In this document: positions 23,627 through 32,376 of the stretch, one piece after another | Layout: each line of letters opens with the position of its first letter | How positions within the stretch are numbered: the stretch's first letter is position 1 | Assembly: GCA_965224245.1 (NCBI GenBank) | Contig: OZ245046.1 | Coordinates: 5,376,001-5,440,000 of the forward strand | Source of the DNA: Candidatus Eiseniibacteriota bacterium | GTDB lineage: Bacteria > Eisenbacteria > RBG-16-71-46 > CAZAMP01 | Direction of reading: 5' to 3' | Length of the DNA stretch: 64,000 nt | The notes under the pieces: generated by a model | Databases searched by the model: none | What the model was told of the DNA's origin: nothing | The model's input: only the letters and a program-made list of their open reading frames with translations | Made by a program: the position numbers and the translations under genes

Positions 23627-25324
23627 GTGTGCTCGATTCTGGCCCTGTTCGAGCTCGCCGCCGACGCGGCGTCTCTTCGCCCGACGGTCCTCGAGCTGTC
23701 GCGCCGGATGCGGCACCGCGGCCCCGACTGGAGCGGCGTGGAGACCCGGCCGGACGCCATCCTGGCCCACGAACGCCTGTCGATCGTCGACGTGGTGCAC
23801 GGCGCACAGCCACTGGTGAGCGACGACGAGACCCGGATCCTGGCCGTGAACGGCGAGATCTACAACCATCGCGAGCTCCGGTCCGGACTGTCCCGGCCGT
23901 ACGCGTTTCGCACCGAGTCCGACTGCGAGGTCATCCTTCCGTTGTACGCCGAGCGCGGCACGGAGTTTCTGAACGACCTCAACGGCATCTTCGCGTTCGC
24001 GCTCTACGACGACGCGCGAAAGCGGTACGTCATTGCCCGCGATCCGATTGGCGTGGTCCCGCTCTACACCGGTCGCGACGAACGCGGGCAGCTCTACGTG
24101 GCCTCCGAGATGAAGGCGTTGATCGGCGTGTGTCGCACGATCGAGGACTTTCCGCCCGGTCACGTCTGGGACTCCGAGGTCGGGGAGCCGCGTCCATATT
24201 ACGCCCCCGTGTGGCGGGAGTACGAGGCCGTTCGCGGCGTGGACGCCGACGTGGATCGCCTCCGGCGCTCGCTGGAGGATGCGGTCAAGCGCCAGCTCAT
24301 GTGTGACGTCCCCTACGGCGTGTTGCTCTCGGGCGGGCTCGATTCGTCGCTGGTGAGCGCGCTGGCGGCCCGGCACACGCGCCGCCGGGTCGAGGAGGAC
24401 GAGCAGAGCGAGGCCTGGTTCCCGAGACTCCACTCGTTCGCGATCGGTCTCGAGGGCTCCCCCGATCTGGCGGCCGCTCGACGGGCCGCCGAGGCGATCG
24501 AGAGCGTCCATCACGAGCTTCACTTCACGGTGCAGGAGGGGCTGGATGCGCTCTCGGATGTGATCCATCACATCGAGACGTTCGACGTGACCACGGTCCG
24601 GGCCTCGACGCCGATGTACCTGATGGCCCGCCGCATCAAGGCGATGGGCATCAAGATGGTGCTCTCGGGCGAGGGTGCCGACGAGATCTTCGGCGGGTAC
24701 CTGTACTTCCACAAGGCGCCGAGCCCCGAGGAGTTCCACGCCGAGACGGTGCGCAAGCTCGACAAGCTCTACAAGTTCGACTGCCTCCGGGCCAACAAGT
24801 CGATGGCCGCCTGGGGTGTCGAGGCCCGCGTCCCCTTCCTGGATCGCGCGTTCCTCGACGTGGCCATGGGCTTCGACGCCGCGCACAAGATGGCCCGCAC
24901 GTCCGACGGCCGGCCCCGGATCGAGAAGCACGTGCTGCGTGAGGCCTTCGACGGCGAGGCGCTGCTTCCGCGCGAGATCCTGTGGCGGCAGAAGGAGCAG
25001 TTCTCCGACGGCGTCGGCTACTCGTGGATCGATTCGCTCCGCGCGTTCGCCGAGTCGCGAATCGGGGACGACGACTTCGCCCGCGCGCACCATCGCTTCC
25101 CGCAGAACACGCCGGCCACGAAGGAGGCGTACCTCTATCGCGAGATGTTCGAGCGGCACTTCCCGGGCACGGCGGCGGTGGACGTGATCCCCGAGGGACC
25201 GTCGATCGCGTGCTCGACGCCGACGGCGATCGCGTGGGATGCGTCGTTCCGGGATCATGCGGATCCGTCCGGCAGGGCCGTGCGGGGGGTGCATGTGGAT
25301 GCTTATCGGTCCGGGGACTCCTGA
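23627..25324 (+). CDS. asnB: Asparagine synthetase B (glutamine-hydrolysing)
   Basis: N-terminal MCS (Ntn Cys), HRGPDWSG, LSGGLDSS, SGEGADEIFGGY, QKEQFSDGVG. Confidence 0.97.
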   Translation: MCSILALFELAADAASLRPTVLELSRRMRHRGPDWSGVETRPDAILAHERLSIVDVVHGAQPLVSDDETRILAVNGEIYNHRELRSGLSRPYAFRTESDCEVILPLYAERGTEFLNDLNGIFAFALYDDARKRYVIARDPIGVVPLYTGRDERGQLYVASEMKALIGVCRTIEDFPPGHVWDSEVGEPRPYYAPVWREYEAVRGVDADVDRLRRSLEDAVKRQLMCDVPYGVLLSGGLDSSLVSALAARHTRRRVEEDEQSEAWFPRLHSFAIGLEGSPDLAAARRAAEAIESVHHELHFTVQEGLDALSDVIHHIETFDVTTVRASTPMYLMARRIKAMGIKMVLSGEGADEIFGGYLYFHKAPSPEEFHAETVRKLDKLYKFDCLRANKSMAAWGVEARVPFLDRAFLDVAMGFDAAHKMARTSDGRPRIEKHVLREAFDGEALLPREILWRQKEQFSDGVGYSWIDSLRAFAESRIGDDDFARAHHRFPQNTPATKEAYLYREMFERHFPGTAAVDVIPEGPSIACSTPTAIAWDASFRDHADPSGRAVRGVHVDAYRSGDS

Positions 25325-25374
25325 GGTCGGGGCGTTCGTACGGTGGGCACTCCCGGCTTTTCGGGGCGCGTTTC

Positions 25375-25518
25375 GGGGGCGACGGGGGTGGTGTCGTCTG
25401 CGCTCCGGCTGACGGCGTCGCCCTGCGACCGGTGGGGGGCATCATTCAGTGCGGGAGCGGCTTCGGGGGACACTCGTGTCGCATCAGTCGCTCCGACGAC
25501 ACCACCCCCGCCGCCCCC
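25375..25518. repeat. Structured ~144-bp repeat, copy A
   Basis: 25375-25398 pairs with 25495-25518 at 23/24 positions; core 25401-25490 matches the reverse complement of 27159-27248 at 80/90. Confidence 0.9.
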
Positions 25519-25756
25519 TCCGCGATCGAGGTCGGGGGCGCTTCCCGGTGCGTCGAGCGCGTGGGCATGTGACCCGCGCTTCGTCTCGTGGGTGTCGGGG
25601 AACGTGGCCACTTGCATCCACGAGCGGGTGTTACGGCACGGGGTTGGTGTGTCGTAGAATCACGCGTGCTGGGCGAGCGCCTGGGGGCATCAGCGCAGGC
25701 TCGCGTGTTCAGGTGGTGTCGGTCTCTGGGTCGCCGCCAGGCTCCGGCTTCGCCCG

Positions 25757-27013
25757 ATGGGAGAAGGCCATGGCTCGGCGCGCGTGGATGCGTGGGCTGG
25801 TCACGTGACGTTCGCACTGCCCGCCACGCCACGGGCCGACACGATCTCGGTTCCCGACTACGCGTCACTCACCGATGCTCTCGCGGCCGCCGCGTCCGGC
25901 GACACCGTCCTGGTCACGGCCGAGACCGTGCACGTCACGACCGATCAGATCGACATCCCGGCAGGTGTATGTCTCCGGAGCCTCAACGGCCGGGACGCGC
26001 ACACGATCTACGTGCCCCAGTACGGCATCAAGTTCGCCCCGGACGTGACGGACCCGGAACCCAGCATCCCCGAGGGGTTCACGATCCACGACGCCACCTC
26101 GGGTGCCTCGGTGAAGTTCCGCAACAATCCCGACGCGAGAGCCCTCGACAATCGCATCGTCAGCCTGGCAGGAGGTGCGTTTTCGGTCGGCGGCGGCGGG
26201 GGCGTCATTCACGGCAACGAGATGCTCTGTGCTCCTTTCGCCCTCGATCGGGCCCTGGACATCAATACCGGCGCCGAGACGTACCTCGAGATCTCATCCA
26301 ACGTGATCCTCTGCCCGGGTCTCGGTCTGTCCGTGTATGACGAAAAGGTAGGTTCCGCCTACGTCGAGTTCAGAAACAACACGATCGTTCACCCCGGCTA
26401 CGTCACGCAGGCCTGCAGCTGGTCCTTCGTGGACGACGTGATCGTGGTGTCCCACAACATCCTCTATGGGTTCTGGATCGACTGCTATGACCTGAGCGGC
26501 GGCGCAAGTGGCTTCAGCATGGACTACAACTGCATCTGGTTCTCGGGCTCGAGTCCTGAAACCGACTGTGATCTCTATTCTTGGCCCGGCAACTTCGAGG
26601 CGGATCCGCTCTTCTGTGACATCTCGGGACCGTCCTCGCTCGACCTCCGCCTCCGGCCCGACTCCCCGTGCCTCCACGGCGGCGAAGGGGGCTCCCTCAT
26701 CGGCGCTCTGGGTGCGGGCTGTGGCGTGGTCCACGTCGACGAAGCCGGCCGCGCGGCCACGAGTCTCGGTCTTCGTGTCATACCGGCTCCGGTGGTCGGA
26801 CGCGCATCCATCGCCTTCGACGAATCGCACGCCGGACGCTCCGCCTTCATCACGATCTACGACGTGACGGGCCGTCTCGTCGTCGAGCTCGAAGCCGAAC
26901 ACTCTCCCGTCACCTGGATCCGACGTGGCAAGGACGGTACCCCAGGTGTGTACTTCGTCGAGCTCAGAGCCAGCACGGGCGCCCGGAACGTCCAGCGAAT
27001 CGTCGCCAGATGA
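25757..27013 (+). CDS. Secreted beta-helix-like protein with C-terminal T9SS-CTD/FlgD-like domain; 5' end possibly frameshifted
   Basis: DYASLTDALAAAASGDTVLV start, FRNNTI/SHNI repeats, ADPLFC...SPC...IGALG, then IYDVTGRLV...VTW...GVYFVEL. Confidence 0.75.
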   Translation: MGEGHGSARVDAWAGHVTFALPATPRADTISVPDYASLTDALAAAASGDTVLVTAETVHVTTDQIDIPAGVCLRSLNGRDAHTIYVPQYGIKFAPDVTDPEPSIPEGFTIHDATSGASVKFRNNPDARALDNRIVSLAGGAFSVGGGGGVIHGNEMLCAPFALDRALDINTGAETYLEISSNVILCPGLGLSVYDEKVGSAYVEFRNNTIVHPGYVTQACSWSFVDDVIVVSHNILYGFWIDCYDLSGGASGFSMDYNCIWFSGSSPETDCDLYSWPGNFEADPLFCDISGPSSLDLRLRPDSPCLHGGEGGSLIGALGAGCGVVHVDEAGRAATSLGLRVIPAPVVGRASIAFDESHAGRSAFITIYDVTGRLVVELEAEHSPVTWIRRGKDGTPGVYFVELRASTGARNVQRIVAR

Positions 27014-27131
27014 GTCCACCACAAACCGAGACCCGGCCTCGAAGCGGCACCGACCACGCACTGGAATGCGCTGGCGGTTGCCGTAGCACATCGAGTTCAT
27101 CGCGAAGGCCGACAAAGCGGCCTCCCACACA

Positions 27132-27274
27132 GGGCCGGCGAGGGTGGGGCCGGAGTCGCGACTTGTGCGACACATGTGTGCCCCGAAGCCGCTCCCGCAC
27201 TAAATGATGCCCCCAACTGGTCGCAGGACGACGCCGGCAGCCGGAGCGACGTAGCGCTCCACCCTCGACGACCC
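27132..27274. repeat. Structured ~143-bp repeat, copy B (inverted relative to copy A)
   Basis: 27132-27150 pairs imperfectly with 27256-27274; core 27159-27248 is the reverse complement of copy A core with 10 mismatches. Confidence 0.9.
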
Positions 27275-27415
27275 GGCACTCGATGGCACGAGACCCGATC
27301 CGCCGTGGCGCCGGCACTTGCCGTCCGGTAGCATTCGTCCGTTCCCGCCCGTCGATACCCCCGCGGCGAACGTCGGTCGACGCGTCGCGATCCCCGAGAG
27401 GAGAGCTCGCCAGCC

Positions 27416-28558
27416 ATGGGCATCCTGGACTTCATTCGCGAAGAACTCATCGAGGTCATCGAGTGGACCGACGACTCGCGCGACGTGATCGTCCACCGGT
27501 TTCCCGACGAGGACGCGGCCATCAAGCGCGGCGCGCAGCTCATCGTGCGCGAGTCGCAGACCGCGCAGTTCGTCTACCTCGGGGAGTTCGGCGACACGTT
27601 CGGACCGGGCAAGCACACGCTGACCACCGAGAACATCCCCGTGCTCACGCGGCTCAAGTCGTGGAAATACGGGCTCACGTCGCCGTTCAAGGCTGACGTG
27701 TACTTCGTCAACACGCGGCTCTTCACCGGGCAGAAGTGGGGCACGTCGAATCCGATCATGATGCGCGACGAGGACTTCGGCATCGTCCGGGCCCGGGCGT
27801 TCGGCACCTACGACTTCCACGTGACCGATCCCAGGACGTTCCTGAAGGAGGTCTCGGGCTCCGATCACACGTTCCGGATCGACGAGTTCGCCGACACGAT
27901 GCGCTCTCGAATCGTGAGCATCTTCTCCGAGGCGCTGGCGCAGTCCGGCATCCCGGTGCTGGACGTGGCCAAGCAGTACAACGAGCTCGGACAGGCGCTG
28001 TTGCCGCTGATCAACCCCACGATCGGCACGATGTACGGGCTCGAGCTCGACACCTTCGTGGTCGAGAACGTCTCGTTGCCGCCGGCGGTGGAGGAGGCGA
28101 TCGACAAGCGGTCCAGCATGGCGGCCGTCGGCGATCTGAACGACTACGTGAAGTTCCAGATGGCGCAGGGCATGCAGACCGGTGGCGGCGGCGCAGGAGG
28201 CATGGCCACCGAGATGGCGGTCGGCTTCGCGATCGCGCAGCAGATGATGCAGCAGCAGGGCGGCGCGCTGGCACCGGGGACGACTCCCCAGGTGCCGGGT
28301 GCGGCGGGTCCGATCGGAGCCGGAGCGGCCGGAGCGGCCGGCGGTGCGGCAGCTGGCATCGCGTCGCCTCCCGGCTCGGGCGCCCCCGGGGTGCCCGGCA
28401 TCCCCGAGGTCTTGACGCCCGCACAGGTCGCCGACGCCCTCGGCGTCACCGAGGCGGACGTGATGTCGATCATCGAGTCCGGTGAGCTGAGCGCGAAGAA
28501 GATCGGCTCGGCGTACCGGATCAAGCGCTCGGCGCTGGAGGCCTTCCTCGCGGACTGA
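27416..28558 (+). CDS. SPFH/Band-7-like (YdjI-like) protein with C-terminal excisionase-type HTH
   Basis: EVIEWTDD...QLIVRESQTA...KWGTSNPI...RAFGTY; Gly/Ala linker; LTPAQVADALGV...IESGELSAKKIGSAYRI. Confidence 0.85.
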   Translation: MGILDFIREELIEVIEWTDDSRDVIVHRFPDEDAAIKRGAQLIVRESQTAQFVYLGEFGDTFGPGKHTLTTENIPVLTRLKSWKYGLTSPFKADVYFVNTRLFTGQKWGTSNPIMMRDEDFGIVRARAFGTYDFHVTDPRTFLKEVSGSDHTFRIDEFADTMRSRIVSIFSEALAQSGIPVLDVAKQYNELGQALLPLINPTIGTMYGLELDTFVVENVSLPPAVEEAIDKRSSMAAVGDLNDYVKFQMAQGMQTGGGGAGGMATEMAVGFAIAQQMMQQQGGALAPGTTPQVPGAAGPIGAGAAGAAGGAAAGIASPPGSGAPGVPGIPEVLTPAQVADALGVTEADVMSIIESGELSAKKIGSAYRIKRSALEAFLAD

Positions 28559-28565
28559 GGACACG

Positions 28566-29696
28566 ATGGCACCCGAGGATCCCACCCGGACCCCCGATCG
28601 GCCCGACGCCACGATCCGCGCCATCGAGCGCGATGCGTGTCCGGCGTGTGGGGCTGAGGCCACGTGGAATCCGACGAAGGTGGCGCTCGTGTGTCCCTAC
28701 TGCGGGACCGAGGCCCCGGGCGAGCGAGACCTCACGACGGGCCGGGTGCGCGAGATCGATCTGGCGTCGGCGCTTCGCGAGATCCCCGACGCGCTTCGCG
28801 GGTGGAAGGCCGAGAAGCGCGCGGTGCGCTGCCGGAGCTGCCAGGCGGTCTCGATCTTCGATCCCGAGCGCGTGGCCCAGCGCTGCGAGTTTTGCGGCTC
28901 TCCCGAGATCGTCGACTACGACGAGATCAAGTCGCCGCTCCGTCCCCAGAGCATCCTGCCGTTCACGGTCGACGAGGCGCGCGTGCGCGAGTCGATCCGG
29001 AGGTGGTACCGGAGCAAGTGGCTCGCGCCCAGCGCGCTCAAGAACCGGGCGCTCCTCGACACCGTCCGTGGCGTATACTTGCCGTACTGGACGTTCGACG
29101 CCAGCGTGCGCGCGAGCTGGGACGCGGATGCGGGCCACTACTACTACACGAACGAGACGGCTCGTGACTCCAGCGGCAAGCAGGTCGTGCGCCGGGTGCG
29201 ACACACGCGCTGGCAGCACGCGTCGGGGCGACTGGAGCATTTCTTCGACGACGAGCCGGTGCCGGCGTCGACGGGGGTGCACCCGGATCTCCTGCGCGAC
29301 ATCGAGCCGTTTCCCGGTGACGATCTCGTTCCGTACGACACGGCGTTCCTGTCGGGCTTCGTGGTGGAGCACTATCAGGTCGTCCTGATCGACGCGTACC
29401 GGCAGGCGCGCGAGTCGATGGATCGCAAGCTCGAGGCGTTCTGCGCGCGGCAGGTTCCCGGCGACACGTACCGGAATCTCCGCGTGCAGGCCGACTACGG
29501 GGGCGAGACGTTCAAGCACATGCTCGTCCCGGTGTGGCTCCTCACGTACCGGTACGGCGCGGAGACGTTCCAGGTGGTCGTGAACGGACACACCGGTGAG
29601 ATCGCCGGGGAGTACCCGCGAAGCGCGGTCAAGATCGCCGTCCTGATCCTGGCGGCGCTCGTGCTCGTGACCGTGGTGGCGCTCGTGTCGAAGTGA
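28566..29696 (+). CDS. Zinc-ribbon membrane-anchored protein (YdjG-like)
   Basis: Four CxxC (CPAC, CPYC, CRSC, CEFC), GVYLPYWTFD, C-terminal TM helix; 7 bp after the SPFH gene. Confidence 0.8.
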   Translation: MAPEDPTRTPDRPDATIRAIERDACPACGAEATWNPTKVALVCPYCGTEAPGERDLTTGRVREIDLASALREIPDALRGWKAEKRAVRCRSCQAVSIFDPERVAQRCEFCGSPEIVDYDEIKSPLRPQSILPFTVDEARVRESIRRWYRSKWLAPSALKNRALLDTVRGVYLPYWTFDASVRASWDADAGHYYYTNETARDSSGKQVVRRVRHTRWQHASGRLEHFFDDEPVPASTGVHPDLLRDIEPFPGDDLVPYDTAFLSGFVVEHYQVVLIDAYRQARESMDRKLEAFCARQVPGDTYRNLRVQADYGGETFKHMLVPVWLLTYRYGAETFQVVVNGHTGEIAGEYPRSAVKIAVLILAALVLVTVVALVSK

Positions 29697-29753
29697 CCCC
29701 GGAGCCGTCGCGCCCGTCTGGTGACCGGGGTCGAGCCGCCGACAGGAGGAGGG

Positions 29754-30485
29754 ATGCATCTCGAGCGACTCGCGCGACATGCGTACCCGATCGCCGCGCT
29801 CGTCTGGCTCACGGCCGCGGCGCACGCGGGTTCCCACGCCGCCGACGAGACCCCGCGGCTGTTGCTGCACTGGCCCACGGACGACTACGTGGGGCCGTGC
29901 ACCGAAGGCTTCGTGCCCGAGACCTGTGGCGACATGGACCCCAACACCCGGTACTCCGGACCGTTCTTCAACGGCTGGACCCTGGCCGCGCTCGATCTAC
30001 CCGAGCACCTGGCGTCGTACGAGCCACCGATCCGGGAGCTGTGGTTCGGCATCGAGTACGACGGCATCTTCTTCGACCAGGTCTGTCGCGTGGACGAGCT
30101 CGTGGGCACGGACGGAATCGAGGCACCGCCGTGGCCCGAGAGTGGAAGCGGCGTGACGCTGCGCTACGCCGCGCCCATCCTCGACGACGACGGCGACGGA
30201 CTGGTCCCGATCTGGGGCATGACGTTCCAGCCGCACTCGCAGGATCCAGCGGGCGATGCGCGACTGCGGATCGTGCCGCATCCCGTCCGGGAGACGGTCG
30301 GCTTCGTCGGCGGTGACGGGAACGAGTACCTGATCTGCGAAGACGTCCTCCCGATCCTGGATCTCCAGCTGTCCGAGACCGACCCGACCGGGAACGGTAC
30401 CAACCGATGCGAGGCGGGGTGCGCCACGCCGGTCCGATCCACGTCGTGGGCCCGGATTCGCTCGGCGTACCGGGTGCCGCAATAG
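29754..30485 (+). CDS. Secreted hypothetical protein with C-terminal TPV..TSW..IR..Y motif
   Basis: AGGAGGAGG RBS, signal peptide, terminal CATPVRSTSWARIRSAYRVPQ; resembles 53365..54000. Confidence 0.75.
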   Translation: MHLERLARHAYPIAALVWLTAAAHAGSHAADETPRLLLHWPTDDYVGPCTEGFVPETCGDMDPNTRYSGPFFNGWTLAALDLPEHLASYEPPIRELWFGIEYDGIFFDQVCRVDELVGTDGIEAPPWPESGSGVTLRYAAPILDDDGDGLVPIWGMTFQPHSQDPAGDARLRIVPHPVRETVGFVGGDGNEYLICEDVLPILDLQLSETDPTGNGTNRCEAGCATPVRSTSWARIRSAYRVPQ

Positions 30486-30513
30486 GGACACGCGGGCGCC
30501 CGATCGCGCGAGG

Positions 30514-30702
30514 CTAGCCGCGGCGCTTCTTCAGGTTGGCCAGGAGCAGCGTCAAGAGCCCCAGCAGGAACTCGTCGGCGAAGGGGATGACGTCCGGCAC
30601 CAGGAGGTCGACGACGAACACCACCGCCGTCACCAGGAACAGCTGCGGGTAGCGGAGATCCCTGGCGAACCTCCCGATGATCGTGTCCACGGGTCCTCGC
30701 AT
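30514..30702 (-). CDS. Small membrane protein (DUF6116/DUF1232-like)
   Basis: LRYPQLFLVTAVVFVVDLLVPDVIPFADEFLLGL; 4 bp after the pyk stop. Confidence 0.7.
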   Translation of the reverse strand: MRGPVDTIIGRFARDLRYPQLFLVTAVVFVVDLLVPDVIPFADEFLLGLLTLLLANLKKRRG

Positions 30703-30706
30703 GGCA

Positions 30707-32212
30707 CTATCCGATCTTCACGAGGCGCAGGAGATTCGACGCCTCGACCTGGGGTGCGTCGCCGGCCACGATCACGATCGAGTCCCCCGACCGGACCAGG
30801 CGTGCGCGCCGGAGCTCCGACACGCCGTCGTTCATCATGCGATACGTGTCGTCGGTCACCGAGAGCGGAATGGTCCGCGTGTTCCAGCTCAGGGCCAGGC
30901 GCCGCCGGACGTGCTCGAACGGCGTGAACGCGATGATGCCCATGTCGGGGCGATGCCGCGCGATCAGGCGTACCGTTCCGCCGCGCAGCGTGAACACGAC
31001 GATCCACTTTGCGTTCGCGCGCTCGGCCAGATCGACCGCCGCATGCACGATCGCCTCCTTCGGATTGCCGTGCAGCGCATCGGCCGCCTGTGCCGGACGC
31101 GGCCGGAAGTGCCCGGTCCGCCGGATCTCGTCCTCGGTCTCCTGGGCCACGCGTGACAGGGTCCGAACGGCCTCCACCGGATACGACCCGGTCGCCGTCT
31201 CACCCGAGAGCATCACGGCGTCGGTGCCGTCGAAGATCGCGTTGGACACGTCGGAGACCTCGGCCCGCGTCGGAAACGCCGAGTGCACCATCGACTCCAG
31301 CATCTGCGTGGCCGTGATCGTGAGGCGCCCGCGCTGGCGGGCGCGCCGGAGGATCGTCTTCTGCCACAGCGGTACCTTCTCCAGCGAGAGCTCCACGCCG
31401 AGATCGCCGCGGGCCACCATCACGCCGTCGGTCGCCTCCAGGATGGCGTCGAGGTCGTCCAGCGCGCGTGGCTTCTCCAGCTTCGCGATGATCAGCGGGC
31501 GCGGCGGGACGCGTCGCTTCACGTCGGGATCGCTCGCGTGCTTCGTGGCCGGGAGTCGGCGATCGACCACACGCCGGAGCCGAGCGATGTCGCCCGCGGT
31601 CTGGACGAACGACAGCGCGATGAAGTCGGCGCCCTGCTCGAGCGCGAAGGACGCGTCGCGCCGGTCCTTTCGCGTGGGGATCTCGACCGACAGCACGCGC
31701 CCCGGAACGTTCACGCCGGCCCGGGGCTTGAGTGGACCGCCGCGCTCGATCTTCACGTCGACGCCGTCGTCGTCGACCGCATGTACGTGCGCGGTGATCT
31801 TGCCGTCGTCGAAGAGCACGTCGTCGCCGACCTCGAGGTCGCGTCCCAGCGTCGGAAAGTCCACGACCACGCGATCGGATGTGGACTGACCGCTCCCGAA
31901 CGCCAGGCGGACGATCGAGCCCCGCCGGAGCACCGGGTGCTCGTCCGACGCGTTGGCGCGCGTCCGGATCTTGGGACCTTGAAGATCGATCAGGATGCCG
32001 ACGGGCGAGCCGAGCGCCGCCGCCGCCGAACGGACCTGCGCGATCATGGCGGCGTGAGACTCGTGATCGCCGTGGGACATGTTGAATCGAAAGAGGTCCA
32101 CCCCGGCCTGGATCATCTGCCGGACGATGCGCTCGCGTGCCGAGGCCGGTCCGAGCGTGGCCACGATCCGGGTGGCCGACCGGAGCGGTGAGACGTCGGG
32201 GCGTGTCGTCAT
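30707..32212 (-). CDS. pyk: Pyruvate kinase
   Basis: TRIVATLGPAS, FNMSHG, DLQGPKIR, MVARGDLGVE, ATQMLESM, DAVMLSGETA; start at ATG 32212. Confidence 0.97.
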   Translation of the reverse strand: MTTRPDVSPLRSATRIVATLGPASARERIVRQMIQAGVDLFRFNMSHGDHESHAAMIAQVRSAAAALGSPVGILIDLQGPKIRTRANASDEHPVLRRGSIVRLAFGSGQSTSDRVVVDFPTLGRDLEVGDDVLFDDGKITAHVHAVDDDGVDVKIERGGPLKPRAGVNVPGRVLSVEIPTRKDRRDASFALEQGADFIALSFVQTAGDIARLRRVVDRRLPATKHASDPDVKRRVPPRPLIIAKLEKPRALDDLDAILEATDGVMVARGDLGVELSLEKVPLWQKTILRRARQRGRLTITATQMLESMVHSAFPTRAEVSDVSNAIFDGTDAVMLSGETATGSYPVEAVRTLSRVAQETEDEIRRTGHFRPRPAQAADALHGNPKEAIVHAAVDLAERANAKWIVVFTLRGGTVRLIARHRPDMGIIAFTPFEHVRRRLALSWNTRTIPLSVTDDTYRMMNDGVSELRRARLVRSGDSIVIVAGDAPQVEASNLLRLVKIG

Positions 32213-32312
32213 GGGTCTCCATCGAGGTGCGCGGTGTCGGCGACCGATCGGCATACTATCCCCCGGGTCCGGGCTGGCCAAAGCGTGGCACGGGAGATTT
32301 CATGGAACCCGG

Positions 32313-32359
32313 TTGACGATCCGGCGTATTAAACGTATGTTTTAAACGGTCGTATGAAC
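32313..32359 (+). promoter_or_regulatory. Sigma70 promoter overlapped by PsrA-like TetR operator palindromes
   Basis: TTGACG(32313)-N17-TATGTT(32336); AAAC-gtat-GTTT and imperfect AAAC-ggtc-GTAT in an AT-rich patch. Confidence 0.7.
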
Positions 32360-32376
32360 AAGACCCGGAGGCGGCC

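Noticed and set aside
27187-27205. GCCGCTCCCGCACT resembling the cobalamin riboswitch core
   Set aside because: Other conserved elements (GGGAA, B12 box) are absent and neither copy leads into a B12-related gene.
25375-27274. Repeat pair as integron attC sites or a CRISPR array
   Set aside because: Copies are inverted rather than direct, lack RYYYAAC/GTTRRRY ends and spacers, and no intI or cas genes are present.
28400-28558. Excisionase-like HTH as a sign of a prophage or ICE
   Set aside because: It is fused in frame to the SPFH protein; no integrase, att/tRNA site or phage genes nearby.
31500-31565. Short insertion in pyruvate kinase (RRLPATKHASDPDVKRRVPP)
   Set aside because: Probably a variable surface loop; all catalytic motifs are intact.
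32286-32301. TGGCACG as a sigma54 promoter (also at 27284)
   Set aside because: No GC at the -12 position with the required GG-N10-GC spacing.
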